Positions 21,836-24,000 of a stretch of 24,000 nt of DNA are shown here, one piece after another; position 1 is the stretch's first letter, and every line of letters begins with the position of its first letter. This DNA comes from Stenotrophomonas phage Philippe. The notes under the pieces are model-generated. The model had not been told where the DNA came from, made no database searches, and saw nothing but the letters and a program-made list of their open reading frames with translations. A program made the position numbers and the translations under genes. The stretch lies in the sequence record MZ326861.1, one strand, 5' to 3'.

Positions 21836-24000
21836 ATGCGTTACGCCATGTTTGACGAAGCTCAAACAGAGTTTCCAATCTGCTTCTTGGTTCCAGAGAT
21901 CTACAAGGATGAGATCAAGCGAGAGTACCTCGACGCCTTCGAGATGGATCCAGCTGCAGCACTGATCCTTAGTCTGCATTACCCCGAAGGTAAGAAGAAG
22001 GCTCCTGTAAAGGAGATCCGTGCGTACCTCAATGAGCAACTGATTGACGTCATCAAGGACTTCAAGTGTCAGTACGTTGCTGTTGCAGACCCAGAGTACT
22101 TCAAAGAGCTGACTGGCCAGAACAAAGCCGAGGCAAACCTCGGCTATGTGATGGACTCCAGCTATGGTGACTTCAAGGTCATCTACCTGCCCAATGTCCG
22201 GCAGATCTTCTACGATCCTGACAAGGTACGGATGAAGATTGCTCAGGCAATGGAGAGTGTCATGGCTCACGCCAGTGGCACCTATGCACCTCCGGGCAAC
22301 GAAGTCATCAAGCACGCCGAGTACCCACGTGGACAGCAGAACATCAAAACAGCTCTTAACAAGCTGCTGGAGATGGACTGTGACTTCACTGCGGATATCG
22401 AAGCCTTCAGTCTGAAGCACAACACTGCTGGCATCGGCACCATCACCTTCTGTTGGAACCAACACGAAGGTGTTGCATTCGCTGTGGACTACGAAGAGAT
22501 TCGTGGAGCCACGGAAGCTCCGTATGGTCGTCAAGTACACAATGCTGGTGTCCGTGCCATGCTCAAAGAGTTCATCATCGAACTCAACAAGCGTGGTCGT
22601 AAGTTGATCTGGCACCACGTCAGCTTCGACGTCTATGTGCTGATCTATCAGCTCTTCATGCGGGACGTCATCGATACCCAAGGTCTGCTGACCGGCATGG
22701 ACACCATGCTGGAGAACTGGGACTGCACCAAGCTGATCAGCTACCTCGCCACCAACAGCTGTGCCGGTAACCGTCTGAGTCTGAAAGAACAGGCTCAGGA
22801 GTTTGCTGGCAACTACGCTGTGGAAGAGATTGACGATATCACCAAGATCCCGTTGCCAAAGCTGCTGGAATACAACCTCGTGGACGGCCTGTCTACTTGG
22901 TTCGTCTACAACAAGCGATGGCCTCAGTTGGTGGCAGACCAGCAGCAAGGTGTCTACGAAGAGCTGTTCAAACCAGCCATCAAGGACATTGTGCAGATGC
23001 AGTTGACCGGCCTACCGATCAACATGAAGCGACTGCTAGAAGTCAAAGACATTATGGAGCAAGACTTCACAGTGTCTGGGGCAAAACTGCAGCAGAGCAA
23101 CATCGGTAAGAAGTACACCTACTGGCTCAATGAGAAGTGGGTGGAAGCACGTAACGCCAAGCTGAAGAAGAAGCGAGTCACCCTTGCAGATGCAAACGAA
23201 GTGTTCAACCCGAACAGTTCCGATCAGCTGCGAGAGCTGCTGTATGACCTGCTGCAACTGCCGGTGATTGCAACCACCAAGTCCAAACAGGCGTCCACTG
23301 ATGCGAAGACACTGAAAAGCCTACGTAACCATACGAAAGATCAGGAAGTTATCGACTTCTTGAATGCTCTGTTGGAATTCGCCAGCGTCAATACCATCCT
23401 GACTACCTTCATGCCTGCCATGCTGGCATCCATCAAGGGACCAGATGGCTGGTATTACCTGTGTGGCTACTTCAACCTTGGTGGCACTGTATCGGGTCGA
23501 TTGAGTTCCAGTGATCCGAATCTGCAGAACCTGCCAGCAAACAGCAAGTACGCCAAGCTCATCAAGAGCTGCATCATGGCACCTCCGGGTTGGGTGTTTT
23601 GTGGTCTGGACTTCGCAAGTCTCGAAGACAGAATCTCAGCATTGACCACGAAGGATCCAATGAAGCTGAAGGTCTACACCGACGGCTACGATGGTCACGC
23701 AATGCGTGCAGTAGCGTACTGGGGTGCAACTAAGATGGGTGGAACCATCGACATTCTCGACAAGGATGCAGTAAATGCAATCGCCGAGAAGGGGCATGTG
23801 TTCTACACCTATCGACAGGACTCCAAGGCACCAACCTTCGCATTGACCTATCAGGGCACCTTCTCCACTCTCATGAAGAACTGTGGTTTCTCCAAGGAGG
23901 AAGCACAGCTGATCGAGGCCAACTTCAAGAGCCTCTATCACGTCTCCGTGAAGTGGGTAGATGACCAGCTGGAGCAGGCCACCAAGGACGGCTACGTCAC
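21836..24000 (+). CDS. Family-A DNA polymerase with 3'-5' exonuclease domain; truncated at window end
   Basis: Open from ATG 21836 to the window edge (manual translation; not in the ORF track). Exonuclease-like 'DCDFTADIEAFSLK' and 'YNLVDGLSTWFVY'; polymerase motifs 'GGTVSGRLSSSDPNLQNLPANSKYAKLIKSC', 'GLDFASLEDRISA', 'APTFALTYQG'. Confidence 0.93.
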   Translation, partial: MRYAMFDEAQTEFPICFLVPEIYKDEIKREYLDAFEMDPAAALILSLHYPEGKKKAPVKEIRAYLNEQLIDVIKDFKCQYVAVADPEYFKELTGQNKAEANLGYVMDSSYGDFKVIYLPNVRQIFYDPDKVRMKIAQAMESVMAHASGTYAPPGNEVIKHAEYPRGQQNIKTALNKLLEMDCDFTADIEAFSLKHNTAGIGTITFCWNQHEGVAFAVDYEEIRGATEAPYGRQVHNAGVRAMLKEFIIELNKRGRKLIWHHVSFDVYVLIYQLFMRDVIDTQGLLTGMDTMLENWDCTKLISYLATNSCAGNRLSLKEQAQEFAGNYAVEEIDDITKIPLPKLLEYNLVDGLSTWFVYNKRWPQLVADQQQGVYEELFKPAIKDIVQMQLTGLPINMKRLLEVKDIMEQDFTVSGAKLQQSNIGKKYTYWLNEKWVEARNAKLKKKRVTLADANEVFNPNSSDQLRELLYDLLQLPVIATTKSKQASTDAKTLKSLRNHTKDQEVIDFLNALLEFASVNTILTTFMPAMLASIKGPDGWYYLCGYFNLGGTVSGRLSSSDPNLQNLPANSKYAKLIKSCIMAPPGWVFCGLDFASLEDRISALTTKDPMKLKVYTDGYDGHAMRAVAYWGATKMGGTIDILDKDAVNAIAEKGHVFYTYRQDSKAPTFALTYQGTFSTLMKNCGFSKEEAQLIEANFKSLYHVSVKWVDDQLEQATKDGYV

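Noticed and set aside
21818-22948. Minus-strand 376-aa ORF
   Set aside because: Lies antisense to the clear family-A DNA polymerase; shadow ORF from codon-biased coding sequence with no recognisable motifs.
1-24000. CRISPR array or transposable element
   Set aside because: No regularly spaced direct repeats and no transposase/integrase-like protein were seen; the HNH protein is of the freestanding phage type.

Overview
This 24 kb window looks like part of a large tailed-phage genome, possibly a jumbo-class myovirus (inference). All credible genes are on the + strand, tightly packed, often with overlapping stop/start codons. From left to right it contains: a 5'-truncated ORF whose C-terminus resembles a single-subunit RNA polymerase; an Ig-like (BIG2) protein; a ClpX/HslU-like AAA+ ATPase; a run of small hypothetical genes including an HNH endonuclease; a MoxR-like ATPase + VWA-domain pair; dCTP deaminase; a protein with a histone-H1-like basic tail; a ~2 kb non-coding tract; more small genes; a ThyX-like thymidylate synthase; rIIA-like and rIIB-like proteins; a MazG-like pyrophosphohydrolase; a Dda/RecD-like helicase; and a family-A DNA polymerase that runs off the right edge and is absent from the supplied ORF track. 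The most interesting region is the non-coding tract (about 9676-11764). It starts with a near-perfect type I hammerhead ribozyme (9741-9800). It carries at least six tRNA genes (Cys-like, initiator-like Met, Asn, Trp, Pro, Gln). Between and after the tRNAs lie several large RNA domains closed by long, G-U-wobble-containing stems (10077-10177, 10322-10486, 10921-11119, 11387-11494). It ends in a strong intrinsic terminator (11731-11764). I propose a hammerhead-processed, multi-domain ncRNA/tRNA transcript. Its individual domains may be undescribed or may belong to the large ornate phage RNA classes; Rfam searches are needed to decide.
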